NCBI RefSeq assembly: GCF_030684315.1
Contig: NC_081363.1
Span: forward strand, 81,375,661-81,439,660
Length of the DNA: 64,000 bases
Source: Stegostoma tigrinum
Lineage: Eukaryota
Direction of reading: 5' to 3'
Shown here: piece after piece, positions 63,562 to 64,000 of the stretch
Layout of the letters: every line of letters begins with the position of its first letter
Numbering within the stretch: the first letter of the stretch is position 1
Program-made: the position numbers and the translations under genes
Notes under the pieces: model-generated
Told to the model about the DNA's origin: nothing
Seen by the model: the letters and a program-made list of their open reading frames with translations, nothing else
Databases searched by the model: none

Positions 63562-64000
63562 GAACACCTCCGCTTGGTACGCAATAAACAACTGCACCTC
63601 CCAGTCACAAACCATTTCCACTCCCCCTCCCATTCTTTAGATGACATGTCCATCATGGGCCTCCTGCAGTGCCACAATGATGCCACCCGAAGGTTGCAGG
63701 AACAGCAACTCATATTCCGCTTGGGAACCCTGCAGCCCAATGGTATCAATGTGGACTTCACCAGCTTCAAAATCTCCCCTTCCCCCACCGCATCCCAAAA
63801 CCAGCCCAGTTCGTCCCCTCCCCCCACTGCATCCCCAAACCAGTCCAACCTGTCTCTGCTTCCCTAATCTGTTCTTCCTCTCACCCATCCCTTCCTCCCA
63901 CCCCAAGCCGCACCTCCATCTCCTACCTACTAACCTCATCCCACCTCCTTGACCTGTCCGTCTTCCCTGGACTGACCTATCCCCTCCCTACCTCCCCACC
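63562..64000 (+). mobile_element. Inverted partial copy of the same Penelope element (runs off window)
   Basis: EHLRLVRNKQLHLPVTNHFHSP...RLGTLQPNGINVDFTSFKIS. It is the reverse complement of 62487-62964 minus one 39-bp unit. Confidence 0.95.

Noticed and set aside
63087-63848. 253-aa ORF as a novel protein
   Set aside because: It is a chimera of antisense PLE sequence, a short true PLE frame and a frameshifted tail across the inversion junction.

Overview
This is eukaryotic, repeat-rich vertebrate DNA. HE1-type V-SINEs, Deu-domain SINEs, CR1 LINEs and Penelope-like elements point to an elasmobranch (shark/ray). The only host coding sequence I can support is a single 184-bp exon of RAD51B on the minus strand (49080-49263, containing the Walker B motif and equivalent to human exon 7). 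The rest of the window therefore appears to be RAD51B intron: a large downstream intron at 1-49079 and the upstream intron at 49264-64000. Almost all listed ORFs are retroelement remnants or chance ORFs. There is no CRISPR array, prokaryotic operon or true tRNA/rRNA gene, and I found no convincing new multi-gene system. The most notable sequence-level observations are: (i) minimal hammerhead-ribozyme motifs in Penelope-derived ends, one inside a ~55-bp hairpin; (ii) a head-to-head inverted Penelope insertion whose arms differ by one 39-bp repeat unit; (iii) a compound locally templated insertion (direct ~300 bp plus inverted 69 bp, with an 8-bp flanking duplication) resembling a repair template-switch scar; (iv) solo-LTR-like elements; (v) interlocked inverted repeats resembling a pseudoknot; and (vi) repeat-free blocks that may be conserved non-coding elements. 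Repeat boundaries were read by eye and are approximate unless junctions are quoted.
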